Assembly (NCBI RefSeq): GCF_018977255.1
Contig: NW_024704743.1
Coordinates: forward strand, 115,570,001-115,634,000
DNA: 64,000 nucleotides
Direction of reading: 5' to 3'
Origin: Callorhinchus milii
Lineage: Eukaryota
How positions within the stretch are numbered: the first letter of the stretch is position 1; each line of letters starts with the position of its first letter. This document shows, one piece after another, positions 51,331 through 64,000 of this stretch. The notes beneath the pieces were generated by a model, which made no database searches, was not told where the DNA came from, and was given only the letters and a program-made list of their open reading frames with translations. Made by a program: the position numbers and the translations under genes.

Positions 51331-53552
51331 GTTGGCCATTTAAGTTTTATTTTAAAAGCAAGNTTTTTTTAAGCAAAGCTTATCATATTTTATATATATG
51401 TGTGTATGTATAAATATATTGGCATTGACCCCAGGCACCATAATAGTTACCGTATTTTAAAGAGATTGTTTAAATGAAATTACCATTCTACTATAAAATT
51501 TGCTCTGTGTGTGTGTGTATGCACGTTACTTCAACTATTGTGTTAACAACAGTCATTGAATATCTCCTGCAAAGAAAGACGGAAACTTCTATTTGAAGTT
51601 TGAGCTACAACTTTCTGAGCCTGTGGTGAAAGCGCTGTTAGCTGAGCCACGCAAATTCATTCCTGCCTTTCTGATTGTACCTAACCTTATCCAACACTTT
51701 ATTTCTGGGAAATTGAAGTCTCAGATAAGCATCATTAAAATTTCCTGCGATGTAATGACATGCCTGAACAACTCTCCATTTACTTGATTTACATGTGCAG
51801 AGGTGACTGGCCTCTGTTCTGCATATCTGGATGACGTAGTGATATCAGAAACAGTTTGGGGAAATCACACCTTTCAGAGAACCAGAATGCTGTACAACCT
51901 AAGAATGAGGGCTTGTCATGTCTGTGCTCGCTATGTGAAAGAGTGATCTATATAGTCCCATTCACAGCTTTTTCACCATTGGTTGATATTGAATTTGCTG
52001 AATCATTGTGTCAATTATAAACAAATTTAATCTTTTCAATTACTGAATTTCTATTAGTGAAGTTGAGCCATGTTCCTTCATGCACAAAAAGAGGGAACAC
52101 AATATTATTTTAATCTAGAAGAGCTCTAGGGTTCAAAGCTTGAGCAGCAATTTAGTACAAACCTTTTCAGATAATAGTGAACATTTGGACTAGCTTGTGG
52201 CGATAAACCCATATATATCTGAAACAATTTGCTGCTACTTAAAGTGACTCATTCAACCAGTTACCAGCATATCCTGTTTCGTCATTATGGGTTTGGTATG
52301 AAGCACAGAATTAATTGGCTCTGAGCTGCTTCCCATGTTTTCATTGCTTTCAGCATTTATACTGCAGTAGTACAGAAACTAGCTTTCTAATAACTGTTAT
52401 ATCAACAAGGAGCTTTTTTCCCAGATATTTGTAGATGTCACTAAAACAATTTACATAATCAAGTTTTGTTGGAAAATATTACTGATTTGCTGCATTGCTT
52501 TTGAATGTTGGAAGTTTCCTCCGTGGTAAAATGATGTTGGTGCAGTGGAAACGTAAAATTAGGAAGCTTTTTGATAAACAGAATGATGCGAGTATCAATC
52601 ACGTTCAGTAAGTATTTGCTATTGACTTCACTGTAAAATTGTCACGAAGCATCTTAATAATGATAATAATTCTTCCATTTAATATGAAGCTTTATCATGT
52701 TATTGAGACATTTCAAACTGTTTTATGGAATATATTGTAAAGTTGATTCATTGTAATTTGTGGGTGCGATCTTGTAGTTTACAATGCATGTGTGCTTCCT
52801 ATTTTTCTGACAACTTGATTTTTTAAAAATATATAATATGTATGAATATAGAAATAAATTTGTACACTTTACAGTTGGAATTTTTGCGAATGTGAGTCGT
52901 GATAATTTATTACAGGGCTGTTTTTCCACCAGCCTTTTTAAGATACTTAATTAAGAAGTCAATTGTTCAACAGCTAAGGAAATGCTACAGATTTGATAAG
53001 CATTTAAGGGTCATGGTAGAAGTACTCTCTTCGCTGCTTATGTGACCATAGGAGCAAGTTCATTTATAACTGGAACAATGCTTGCTATCTTCAGGAGGGG
53101 GCTAAGCAAAGAAAAAAACAAGGAAAAAGATTTTTTTTAATTCTTCATATATAATATAGTTGTAGCTGTAATTGTATATTGTTGTATAGTTGTGTTCAAA
53201 ACACAATGGTGCAGATGGGAATAAATTGATGTGAAATATTGGGTGTTTCACTCCTGCGTTGTTTTCCTAGTGTTTTTCTCAAGGCTACCCTCCAATTACA
53301 GAAACATTTCTCTGCTTGTCTACTGAAGGACCTCTCTTACTGTTTTCTATTGCATTCTATCTTAAGACCTATTGCTCTTCACTCCTCTATTTTTTGTCTC
53401 TAACCTTTGAGAGTGAAATATTCTCTGTGCTGACAGATCAACGAGTGAAATCTGAGCTGGGTTTGACAATTCAACTCCTTTTTATCACCTCGAGAATTAG
53501 TGAGTCTCTGCAGTGCAGTCGTGCCAGCTAGTGTTTAAGTTAGCAAAGCTTT

Positions 53553-53562
53553 CCTAATAAGG
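53553..53562. promoter_or_regulatory. Perfect CArG box (CCTAATAAGG) in the intron that hosts the FRNK promoter in other vertebrates
   Basis: Matches CC(A/T)6GG; adjacent to GCGCATGCG, GATAA and TTCCTGATTCA. Function untested. Confidence 0.4.
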
Positions 53563-54481
53563 ACAAGCGCATGCGATAAATACCCAACCTTCCTGATTCA
53601 TAAGTGGGGCACTTACATACAAAAATGTCTAACATCTGTAATATGTTGTTCATATCATTCAGTTTGTTACCATTCTGTAAAAAAAATTATTCAAATTCAA
53701 GTGGGCCAATTATTGCTATTTAATAGAATAAATCTTATGAGCAGTGATGAAGTGTTTGCAATGATTAAATCTTAGCAGTTCCTTGCATCTTGGTATGGTA
53801 GGAATGTCACCATTAAGGGTTAGGGTTAATAATAAACATTGTTCTCACAGTGAAGCTTCCAGTCAACATGGTGCCAGTTTCGCTCCTTCGCTGACCCATG
53901 CACTTAGTGACTTTACAAAGTCCCCAGAACCACTTAAACCTGATTGCAAACTGGTCTGAATTCTATCCATTTTTTAAAAAGGTTTTGCTGTGCATTAAAA
54001 TCTTAAATGTTTAAATTGAAAGAGCTGATTATAAAACTTGTACTGCAAAAAAGGTACTTGACTGATTGCAGTTTGCATCTTGTGACTTGGCAGTGATACA
54101 ACGCTGTTCCTGAGTTTTCTGACCAAGGCGGCTGCCAAAAGCAGCAGTTTATATTGATGGAGTCAAAAAGTGCAACTCCTACATCAGAGATCTAGCGATG
54201 CAGTGGCCGTGACCTTAACGTATTTAACAGAGGAATGTTAACTTCAGCTCCTAAACATTTACATTTTGTAAAATGTAGCAACTGGGCATTTGTGAGCAAA
54301 CACGGCAGCCAATTTGTAGGTATCAATGTCCCACAAGTATCAATGAAGTAAATGACCAACTTTAATACAAATTAATATTTTTAGTACTCTATAAAATCTC
54401 CTCAAATATCATCCTTGTTTGCTTTTTTATTTTCAGTTTGAGTAAATATATTGATTATGTTTCATTGGCTTTATTGTATCA

Positions 54482-54860
54482 GCCTGGCTCAGCAGGTAGC
54501 ACTCTCAAATCTTAAGGCAGAAGGTTGTGGGTCCAAACTCCATGTCAGGAACTTGTATTGTCTAAGTTGTCACTCTAATGCAGTGCTGGGGAAGTACTGC
54601 ATTAATTGGAGGTGATGTTTTCATATGAGATGTTAATCGATGTCCCATCTGCCTCTTCGGGTTAAAGATCCCACGGTGCAACTCAAAGAAGAAAGGGATT
54701 CCTCATTGTTTCCTAGTGAACAGTGCCCCGAATAAAATTGGTGATTCACTTCATGACTGTTTGTGAAACATTGCATATGTGCATATTGGTTGCCGCTCAA
54801 CTTACAAAGTTACTACACTTTACACTATATCCTGTGAAAGGCTGTGAGATGTTCTCTGAC
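54482..54860 (+). mobile_element. DeuSINE/SacSINE1-like SINE, nearly full length
   Basis: Head ggctcagcaggtagcactctc...gaaggttgtgggtccaa and central motif gagatgttaa...aaagatccca. Confidence 0.8.
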
Positions 54861-55587
54861 CTGGGACATCGACAGACTACGGCACTACCTCACCCCTCAC
54901 GCTGCTGAAACTGGTCCACGCCTGTATCACCTCAAGGCTGGACTATGGGAACTCTCTCCTCGCCGGCCTTCCCGGCACCTCCCTCCACAAGCTGCAGGTC
55001 ATTCAGAACTCTGCAGCTCGTGTACTGTCCCGCACCAGGCTTCGCGACCACATCACTCCCACCCTCGCCCTCGCTCGCCTCCACTGGCTCCCCATCCCCC
55101 AGAGGATCGAATTCAAGATCCTCATCCTCACCTACAAGGCCATTCACGGCCTTGCTCCCTCCTACCTCTCTGACCTACTACCCCCTACCTACCTGCCCGT
55201 ACCCTCCGTTCCTCTGGCTCCAGTCTGCTCCACATCCCCCGCCCCAACCGCCCTACCATCGGTGGTCGGGCCTTCAGCCTCTCAGCCCCGAGGCTCTGGA
55301 ACTCCATCCCCCAGTGCCTTCGCCGCCTCCTCCCTTTCCTCCTTCAAGGCCGGTCTCAAGACCTTTCTCTTTGACCGTACCTTCAGCTCCCCTCTCGACT
55401 CTCTACCCCCTCCTCGCTCCCTCCCTTCCCTCCCCTCACCCTGACCATTTCCCCCCTGCTCGCTCCCTCCCTTCCCTCCCCTCACCCTCACCATTTCCCC
55501 CTGCTCGGGTCCTGACCCAACTGTACAGCGCCTTGGGACGTCCTCCTGACGTGAAAGGCGCTCTATAAATGGAATCTTGTTGTTGTT
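54861..55587 (+). mobile_element. Young L2 LINE 3' fragment
   Basis: Same family as 33983-34497, with a local duplication in the 3' UTR and a (gtt)n tail. Confidence 0.93.
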
Positions 55588-55959
55588 TTGCATCTTTCTG
55601 AAATCCACTTGCAGATTTGCTCGTCTATCTCCTTCCCACTATTTGGTGGTCTATAGTATACACCAAACAGAGTAATAGCTCGTTTTCTGCCTCTTAACTC
55701 AAACCAAATAGATTCTGTTTTTGGACTCTAGCACATCGTCCTTTTCCAGGCCCGTAACCGTGTCTTTAATCAATATTGCCACTCCCCCTCCTTTTTTACC
55801 TTCCTTATCCCTCCTGAATACATTGTAGCCAGGAATATTCAGCCCCCATTCCTGCCCTCGTTTGAATGGTTAGTTATTACAACTAAGCTACTTGCACTAT
55901 AGTATAAAACCTGTGAAGCTATTCAGGAATACTTTCATTATCAACCCCAATTGAGGTGT

Positions 55960-56320
55960 CGGCCTGGCCCAATTAGTAACACTCTTGCCACTGAGTCCAA
56001 AGGTTATGAGTTCAAGCCATTCCCAAGCTCACAGCATAGGCTGACATTGCAATACACTTCTTGGGGAACACTGTATTGTCGAACTGGATGAGAGGTTAAA
56101 CTGAGGTCCCATCAGTCTGTTCAGGTGGAAGATCCCACTGCACCATTTGAATGGAGAAGAAGGTTTCTCCAACAATGCCCCAGAAAGAAAATTGCTTGTT
56201 TACTTCATGACTGTTTGTGAGATGTTATTGGACATGAATTGACTGCTACATTCACCTACTAATCACACTTTACAGAAAAACTCTGAAGTTCTTTGAGATA
56301 TTTTGACATAAGACACTATA
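55960..56320 (+). mobile_element. Decayed DeuSINE-like SINE
   Basis: Motifs tagtaacactcttgccactgagtcc..aggttatgagttcaa...ggatgagaggttaaactgaggtccc...aagatccca. Confidence 0.75.
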
Positions 56321-58574
56321 CCAAACTCTTCTAATCTGTTAAATGATACCAAAAAAATACAAAGTTTGACCTGTGACCCTTTTTACCTTGTGACCCGTCT
56401 CCTTGTTTTAACTTTTTTTCTTCCCTACTTCATTTATTTTCCTCATTTGCATTATTCATTTGCCTTTTTATACAAAAGCCTATTCAATCGCTTAAAAAAG
56501 GAGTGATGTATTTATGCAACGTTTTTTTTGATGGTGTTTTTCACTGTCAGTTATTGTGGAGCATAATGTACATAATTGTACCTTTATAAGGTATTTGAAA
56601 AAAAATCTATTTCATATCTGAACCATTTGAGAAACAATATCAAGCCTTAATTTTGAATGCTGTTTTCAGCACCGTATTTTCTTAGACTGGTTTGTAATAA
56701 TGGTGATTCCTTGAGGATAGTCAAAATGAAAGCATTGTAAATCACTAACAGTGCTTGCCTTTCCTTCTTTATTTACTTGACTTCTAAAAAATCGAAATAT
56801 GATCAAGACTTCTTGAAACATTAATTCTTTTAGCAATTTTGTTTAGCAGCTCCATATAAATCTTCCCTGAAAGTTGGCATTTACCAAAGTACAAACATTT
56901 ATTTTCTAATAGTAGGATCTTGGGAAACCCCCAAAATGGCTAACAGTGACTACAATTTGTTTGTGGTAATAATTTAACTTTTATTTCCTTTTTGAGAGTT
57001 CTACCCTGTCTTCCTTTCACCTCAACTCAGCTGCCTTTGGGCAAGATTGCCTTCTCTTTGCCTGCTCCACACTGACAACCCAGAGTATTCAGGCTTTGTG
57101 TATTTGTGCACAATCTTCGTGGGTAAAAGCAATACAGTATATGCCAAATTTGCAAAGAAACAATTAACTTCTGAAGCTTTCGAATACACCCGTGCTTTGG
57201 ATTGAGTAATATTACTCAATAGTCCAATGAGTCTTTTAAATGTTCTAAATGGCTTAAGCTGACATCCTTTAGTATAATGTTAAAACAAAAGCCTTTTAAA
57301 CCAGACTGAAGATAATCCACTCCATGCTGTGATTAAATCTTATTTTGAATTTGTCGTGCTCATTCATGCACAGACCATAATGTCTCAACCTTAAATTCCT
57401 AGTAGCTGTAATTCACTCTTAGATTTCTAAGACAAACTTGTTTGCACAAATATACAAGAGTTGTATACATAATTTGTGGTCAGAGCAAAAATTAGATTTT
57501 TTTAAAAATCTTGTACTTGTGTGGCAACACACCAGATCTAGGACTACATCATGTGAGTGGTAGTAGTTAGGTTGTCAGTTTGTCAGTACATGTTATTTCT
57601 CTCTTTTTCTTCCCCCCCTGGATCCTATAGTCTCATAATTGTAGTTTTGAACAGGAAAAAGGGGATTCTCCTGGTGTACTGGACCATCAGTCCCCAGATA
57701 CAATTGGTCATTCACTTTGTGGTGATTTGTGTGACATTGCTGTGCGCAAAATGGCTGTCATGACAGCAAACAGTTTGTGATGCACTTTGAAACATTTTGG
57801 CACCATGAGGTAAATCAAATGCAATAATTGATAGGTTATCAAATGCTATGATTATGATAGATGATATCGGTGTACAGTGCCTTGGCCTGGTTATGTGAAC
57901 TTGCTGGGAGAGTGCTGCATTTTCAGAGGTGCTATCTTTCAGATGTGACATGAAACCAATATCTTTCTGCAGTTAGGCATTAACAATCCCGGGAGTATTT
58001 GAAAAGAGAAGGGAGTTTCTTTCAGTGCCCCAACTTACAATCCTCAAGACTTAACTGGTCATTTACCTTATGACCGTTTGTGTGACCTCCCTGGCATAAA
58101 TGACTTTTGCATTTGCCTATGATGTGTTTTTGGTCAGCCAGGGGTTTGACACATGCGGACCCCATCATCATGCATAAGAATATCCAAACCAAACTGAGAA
58201 TTACATGCATCCCACTTACACATGGAAATTACAGAGATAGTTTCCTGGAACAGAATGCACTCTCTCCCTGGAGGGCTGCACCCTGCCCGACATGAAAGGT
58301 GCTATACAACAACAACAACAACAAGATTCGATTTATAGAGCGTCTTTCATGTCGGGAGGACGTCCCAAGGCGTACTTTTGTTGTTGTTGCTTACCTAATT
58401 CCGGAAAGTATTAGGTTCTGGTTGGCAAGAACCAAGGCTTGGGGTAAGACAGGGTGAAATTTGAAAATACTTTGTGCCATGTGACAAATTGTATTTAAAG
58501 TGAACAAGCTTTGCACTGCCTGATGCATCAGGGAATATTTTGGACTATTCATTTTTTAGCAGTAATGAGAGGAA

Positions 58575-58745
58575 TTCATCGAATTATACAGCCCAGAAGG
58601 AGGCCATTTGCCCCATCGGGTATATGTCAGTTCTTTGAAAAGAGCCATCCAAATCAATCCCATTCCCCCGCGCTCTCCCTGTAGCCCTGCAAACTTGTTC
58701 TCCCTAAATAATTATCTATTTCTCTCTTAAAAGTTGCTATCCATA
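58575..58745 (-). mobile_element. CR1 3' end, same family as 30019-30934
   Basis: Reverse complement of about 30790-30930 (tagccctgcaaacttgt...aaataattatcta..tctctcttaaaagttg). Confidence 0.8.
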
Positions 58746-59152
58746 ATGCATCATGGTACACACGTTTAACACCACAGCAAAATAATAAAAGCACCCCTTA
58801 TTGGCTGTGTTTGCATTCAGTTGGTACTAGACATTACTGATGGTCTTATTGGCATTGTTATAAGAAGCACAAGATACTCATCATGGTTTCAAACGTCATT
58901 CTTAGATTGCTTGGATACTGCTTACAAGTTGCAACCATGTCCTGTACGTGTTTTTACTTATTTTTGAAATGTCAGCGCATTTTCGTTTCAGAATTTTTTT
59001 TGGGTGATGCTTCTTCCTCAACCCCCATTATGTACAATAGGTGGTTGCAATTGCCTGCCTGTTGCTTGTAAATTGTCTGATTCTCTAACAAGTTAATTGC
59101 TTCATGTTTTGCTAATTCCCGAATGAAATATTCATTGTTTTCTTATTTTTAG

Positions 59153-59264
59153 TACAATACTGGAGGAGGAGAAGGTGCAGCAGGAAGAACGAATGAGAAT
59201 GGAGCAGAGACGGCAGATCACAGTCTCCTGGGACTCAGGAGGATCAGATGAAGCTCCTCCAAAG
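59153..59264 (+). CDS. PTK2: PTK2 post-kinase exon carrying the FRNK-type start Mets (TILEEEKVQQEERMRMEQRRQITVSWDSGGSDEAPPK)
   Basis: ttttag|T ACA ATA...AAG|gtcagt, 112 nt, phase 2/0. ATGs at 59193 and 59199; the second is in a strong AGAATGG context. Confidence 0.97.
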
Positions 59265-60721
59265 GTCAGTCAGACAGGCACTGAAGCCCATCTACTTACC
59301 CACTCAATCATAAATATCCCACGTAAATAGTCTCTATGGTATATAGAATTTGTAAGTCTGAGTAGAGGATTGCACTGAAATGGTACTCGTGTTACTTGAT
59401 TAATTCTGGCTCAATAGACCTCAGGACTTTATCAAGCTGGATGGCATCAGTGGCTGGATACACTTTGCTGTTAATGTTTATCTAATACATGAAACTTGCT
59501 GTGTAAATATCTTTAAAACAGTGTACCTAAAACTGAATTCAAGTGTAAATGGTTCTGGTTTAAGATAGCAATAAGAATAGTGGAAGGAAGTTTGCATTTT
59601 ATTTTTCCAGAGGTGCAGTGTTATTTTTTTCAAACTTGAGTGTCAATTATGGAAGTTCTACAGTAAATCGCTAAAATTATTTTAGATTATGTGCAAACTC
59701 CTCTTTGGATATGTTTGAATTTTGGGGGTGGGGGTAAATGATGATCGAACTTGTTTGAAAACTGGAAACTGTCTGTGTTGAGATAGGAGTGAAAGATTCA
59801 GTCTGAAGTATTTATTTTCTGAACTTCTGTTAAGTCCGTGCCACTAGTAGGCATGCATAAGCATGTTATACCAGATCTTTGAAATGCTTCACCTTGGATT
59901 CACATTCTGTGTTTTAATCCGTAATGAAGAGAATGCTTTTCCAAACCTTCAGCTTTCCTGATGATTTTGCATACTAAACACTGTGGATTACATTTTAAAC
60001 CTCGCACACATTTGACAACAACTTGTATTTAAAGAACCATTCTGTAAAATAACAAGCAATTTAAAAAGATGTAATTGCATAGGTTTAGTTTAAACTGCAC
60101 ATTCTCTTTCTTCATGCCAGTATGCATTGACATGCTCCCTTATATCCCTGGATTAAAATAATGATGCCATCTAGCCTGTGAAATCCATTTCCATCATTTA
60201 ATGTCTACATATCAAAAGCTATCGAATATAGCAACAAACCAGTGTTCAGAGCAAATAAAAATTGAGCTTTAGTTGATGGTAATATTTCATTCTTCCCTTT
60301 TTAGTCTACTCAAAAAAATTAATTTCACTGGATTTTCTAGCATTATGCCAAATGAATTGCCTCTTGGGTGGATTGTCTGACATTTTGTGTAAACCTGATT
60401 ATAGCCACATTCTCTGAGATTTGTGATGTGTTACATGGAATGTACTTAAATCCTTCATGGTATTTTCACTGGACAAAAAGAAAAGGATCCTGTATATATA
60501 CTTCTAGAAATATTTAGTGTTACCTTTTATTTATTGAATTTTTTTTATGTAAGTAGGTCACAATCTCATCTGGGGTGTGCCTGCTGTGCTTTTATTGCAG
60601 ATGTTTGTGGTTTGGGTGTTTGTTGGTTATCCCATAATGCTCATAATGGTCATGCATTGTTGTTACACTGATTCATGCTGCTTTTAATGCTTTTAATCTG
60701 CTTTTGTGTGTCTGTCTGCAG

Positions 60722-61018
60722 CCTGCCCGGCGGCCGCCTTTGCAATACAGTCTTAGTTTGGACAGTCTATCTTTTCCTGAGCTCTCCCAACGCAACTCCA
60801 CGCTTTGTTTTTGTCCAAAACAGCTACCTCAAGCTCATGAACATCCATTCCCTCCAGGCAGGCTCATTCCTCTGCGACCTCGGCGTAGGCCTTCGCTACC
60901 CCCTTCAGCCTACCGGCAGAGTGCTCGCCCACTCCCTCTTTATTTTGACAGGCTGAACGTAAATCTGCAGCGACAACTGATGTCTGGAGAATGGAGAAGA
61001 AACCAGGGCGAAGCAATG
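60722..61018 (+). CDS. Candidate additional alternative PTK2 exon, 99 aa, Pro/Arg/Ser-rich (PARRPPLQYSLSLDSL...RRNQGEAM)
   Basis: Good acceptor (tctgtctgcag|CCT), open in the phase left by the EAPPK exon, and a phase-0 donor ATG|gttagg. About 14 CpGs in 297 nt within otherwise CpG-poor intron. No transcript evidence available. Confidence 0.55.
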
Positions 61019-62809
61019 GTTAGGATTCACTGTGTAAAGGGAGTGCAACACCACCATAGAAGTATCACATGATTAGCCTCACGTGAAACTAATGAAAAGA
61101 ATCCTGTGAATCTTACATTCAATGTCAAATTTACAGACCCATAATATGGGTTACTTGTACTGTTAAAATAGTTCTTTTACATGAGAACTACAAGTATGCT
61201 ATTTAGCCATTAAGCCTGTTCCCCCATTTTACTAGATTGTGACAGATCTTTAAATCCCATTACCATGATCTCCATAGCCCTTCCCCCTTTACTTCACACA
61301 TCTTTCTCCCTTTGAAACATCCCAATGACGACTGTGGCTAAAGAAACATTTCTCAGTTTTTCCTCAGTCACTTTCCTCATTCCCTGTAGGCCAATATCCA
61401 GGAATGGTATGGTATCGAGGCTAAACTGTTTCCAGATCTCTCTCAATGCCAATCTAAACCAACCATTGGAAAGTGTACAAAAGCACTTATTTTTTCCTCT
61501 CCGATCTCATACAGGAAGCACCTCACTTCCATGAGATATGTCCCCAATGGCAATGTTGAGATTGATAGAGTACCATCAGGACTCTATTGTCCATTCATGC
61601 TTGTGCAGGGTAAGCAATAGTTTTTGCAAACAAATGTGAAATTATTTTTTTGGGTGCAGTGTAGTTTTAAAATTGTGAAAAAATTTGCAATTAATTCATA
61701 AATATTTCCCAGTTGCAATTCAGTTGACAGTGTATTAACACATCAGACTGAAGAAAACCTTATTGAAAAGTATGTTGATAATTGCAATTCTTGTCATGTA
61801 GAATTCACGTTCAGTTTTTTTTAGTCTAACTCAGCATGTCCATTATAGTGCTCCCTTTCACTGAGAATCTTGAAACCTCAGCCCTTTGCTCTATCTGAAC
61901 TGTTGCTTTAGCATGTGTAACATTTGCTTGCCCTTTCGTGCATCTTTATTTATTGTCTTTCTGTTATATTACTGATTTTACTTTCAAACTGGTGACTAGT
62001 TTTAAAAGACTCCAGTTTGTTATATTGCTGCCTTTGATATACACAGCTTGGTATTAACTATTTTCCTCTGTTAGCACATTCGCTGTTAGTAAAATTGCTG
62101 TGTCCAGGGATTTGTGTGTGTATCTGTGTCCAATATACACTGAATGATGGAGTTTCTTTATATACCTAATGCCAGGAATGTGAACGGTTCAGACACCATA
62201 ACCTTATTTTACAACTGAGGGCTGATTTTCAGTCCACATGTTTTTTATTTCATCCTTGGGCAGTGCAATATTTGGATTATTGAGACACAAAATCTGTAGA
62301 CAAATTTATGTTTATATCATCTTTGAACATTTGTTCCTGCTGAAAGGTAGACAGAGCTTAAAATTTACTTTCAATTAGATTCAGTGCTTCAGGCCAGACA
62401 TGACATTGAATTACATGGAATGAAGCGACATGCTAACAAGCTATTTGGCCAGACTAATCTATCCCAGTGTTTTATACTTCTCTCGAGCTCCACCCCTCCT
62501 TTACCCATCTATTCAGCGCTCCGGGATGCTACCCCATGTGAAGGGCGCTATATAAATGCAAGTTGTTGTTGTTGTATTCGCTTCTCGTTCATGCAAGACA
62601 GTCCATAGAAGCAGCAGAGAGCAGTATGAAGAAGCATCTTTCCCCAAATAAAATTCTGTCATTGCTTATAATGAGACAAACAAGTGGTAATGTAAGCCTG
62701 TAATCATTCATCTAACCAAAGAATTTCTCAATTGATTCTAGAATCAGAAAAAGTGTCAATTTGTAAACACTTCTCTGGTTACATCAGTTAAACTAGATAT
62801 ATTGTAAAA

Positions 62810-63190
62810 CAATAATAATACTTCCTGTTTGATCCAATGTCTTTCATGTTGGAAGGATATCTCGAAGCGCTTCACAAGATTTATTGTCAATTGTAGTGAC
62901 TGTATTTTTTAGATGAAAGTGGCAGCCATTTTGGCAGCCAAGCAGTGTCCCATAAACAGCCGTGAAGTGATTGACCAATTTGGGGAATTCGTCTTTGGGA
63001 GAAACTCCCTTCTCTTTTCAAATCATACCATGAGCAGGCAGTGGTAACCTCAATTTAACACATCATCTGAAGGATGGGACCTCCAATAATGCGTGGTATC
63101 TCAGCACTGCATTGGAGTGACAGCCTAGTTTGTGAACTCCTGACATGGGGCTTGAACTCACATCTTTCTAATTCAGAGGTGAGTGAAATT
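62810..63190 (-). mobile_element. DeuSINE-like SINE
   Basis: Tail, then cagtgtcccataaacagc, catctgaaggat and gcactgcattggagtgacagcctag, then the head remnant gggcttgaactcac. Confidence 0.75.
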
Positions 63191-64000
63191 ACTGAAATTT
63201 AAAGCACAGAAAGAGGCCATTCGGTCCATCAAGTTTGCCCCGGCTGTCAGAGCAAGATGTTCATTTATCTCATGGACCCATCCCCATTCAACTTCAAGCT
63301 TTTATCTTTTATATACTGTCTACTGTCTTCTTGAAACCTACAATGGACTTTATCTCAACCACCTTACTTGACAGGGCATCCATGTCCAAACAACTCTGTG
63401 AAGTAAGATGTTAAAGATCCGATGGCACTATTCGATCAAAGAAAGAAATTTCTCTTGGGGTCATTCCCAAAATTATCCATTCACTTCATGGCTGTTTGTG
63501 GGACACTACTGTGCACAGATTTATTTATTTTATTTGGCGGCTGTTGCGTCAGCTTCCAAATAAACAGTTACTACACTTAACAGTACATCCTGTGAAGATT
63601 TTTTTTTAGATGTTTTGATGATGTAGTAAACCGCTATATCAAAAGCAAGGATTCTTTTCTATTATTACCCTGTGATAGTCAGGTGGTTCTAATCAAGTGA
63701 TACAATAATGCTTCATTTTAAATCCTGTCACTGACTGCCATGATATCATCTGCCACTAAATCAAAATAATGATCAAGAAATGCCCAAAAGGAAACAAAAT
63801 GAGAGGCAAACTCCAGCTGTATATAGTGTATAGAATAACAAGAGCCAGAATGCATTTCAAGCACAATATATCTTGGAATCCAATGAAGTGAAAATATTTG
63901 GCATTTGCTTTGTTTGTTGTCATCCAAGCTTCTTTGATACGTTACTGCCTTTTAACATGCTCCATCCGGTCTGCACATGACCCTTGCACAATTGTATCAA

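Noticed and set aside
51363..51363. Single ambiguous base n
   Set aside because: An assembly ambiguity next to a T run, not a biological feature. It does leave the exact length of this intron slightly uncertain.

Overview
This is eukaryotic, vertebrate genomic DNA. The SacSINE1/DeuSINE-like SINEs, CR1 and L2 LINEs suggest a cartilaginous fish (inference). The whole window lies inside one + strand gene, PTK2 (focal adhesion kinase, FAK). I could join 14 constitutive GT-AG exons (3088-59264; 1353 nt = 451 codons) into one open frame running from the FERM F3 lobe (SSWIISVE) through the Y397-equivalent linker and the whole kinase domain to EAPPK. The three known neural-type cassette exons around the autophosphorylation site (box 28, box 6, box 7) are also present. 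Introns are full of decayed L2 and CR1 LINEs and two tRNA-derived SINE families, several of them nested or inverted. Best leads: (1) an in-frame, CpG- and proline-rich 297-nt candidate exon (60722-61018) after the EAPPK exon that I do not recognise from mammalian FAK; (2) an in-frame alternative acceptor, internal ATG and promoter-like motifs just upstream of the Y397 exon; (3) a CArG-containing candidate FRNK regulatory region; (4) several long intronic hairpins, including tail-to-tail L2 ends; (5) an apparently chimeric tRNA-Ala/CORE-like/Deu SINE. No prokaryotic-type system is present. Exon coordinates were counted by hand; repeat boundaries are approximate.
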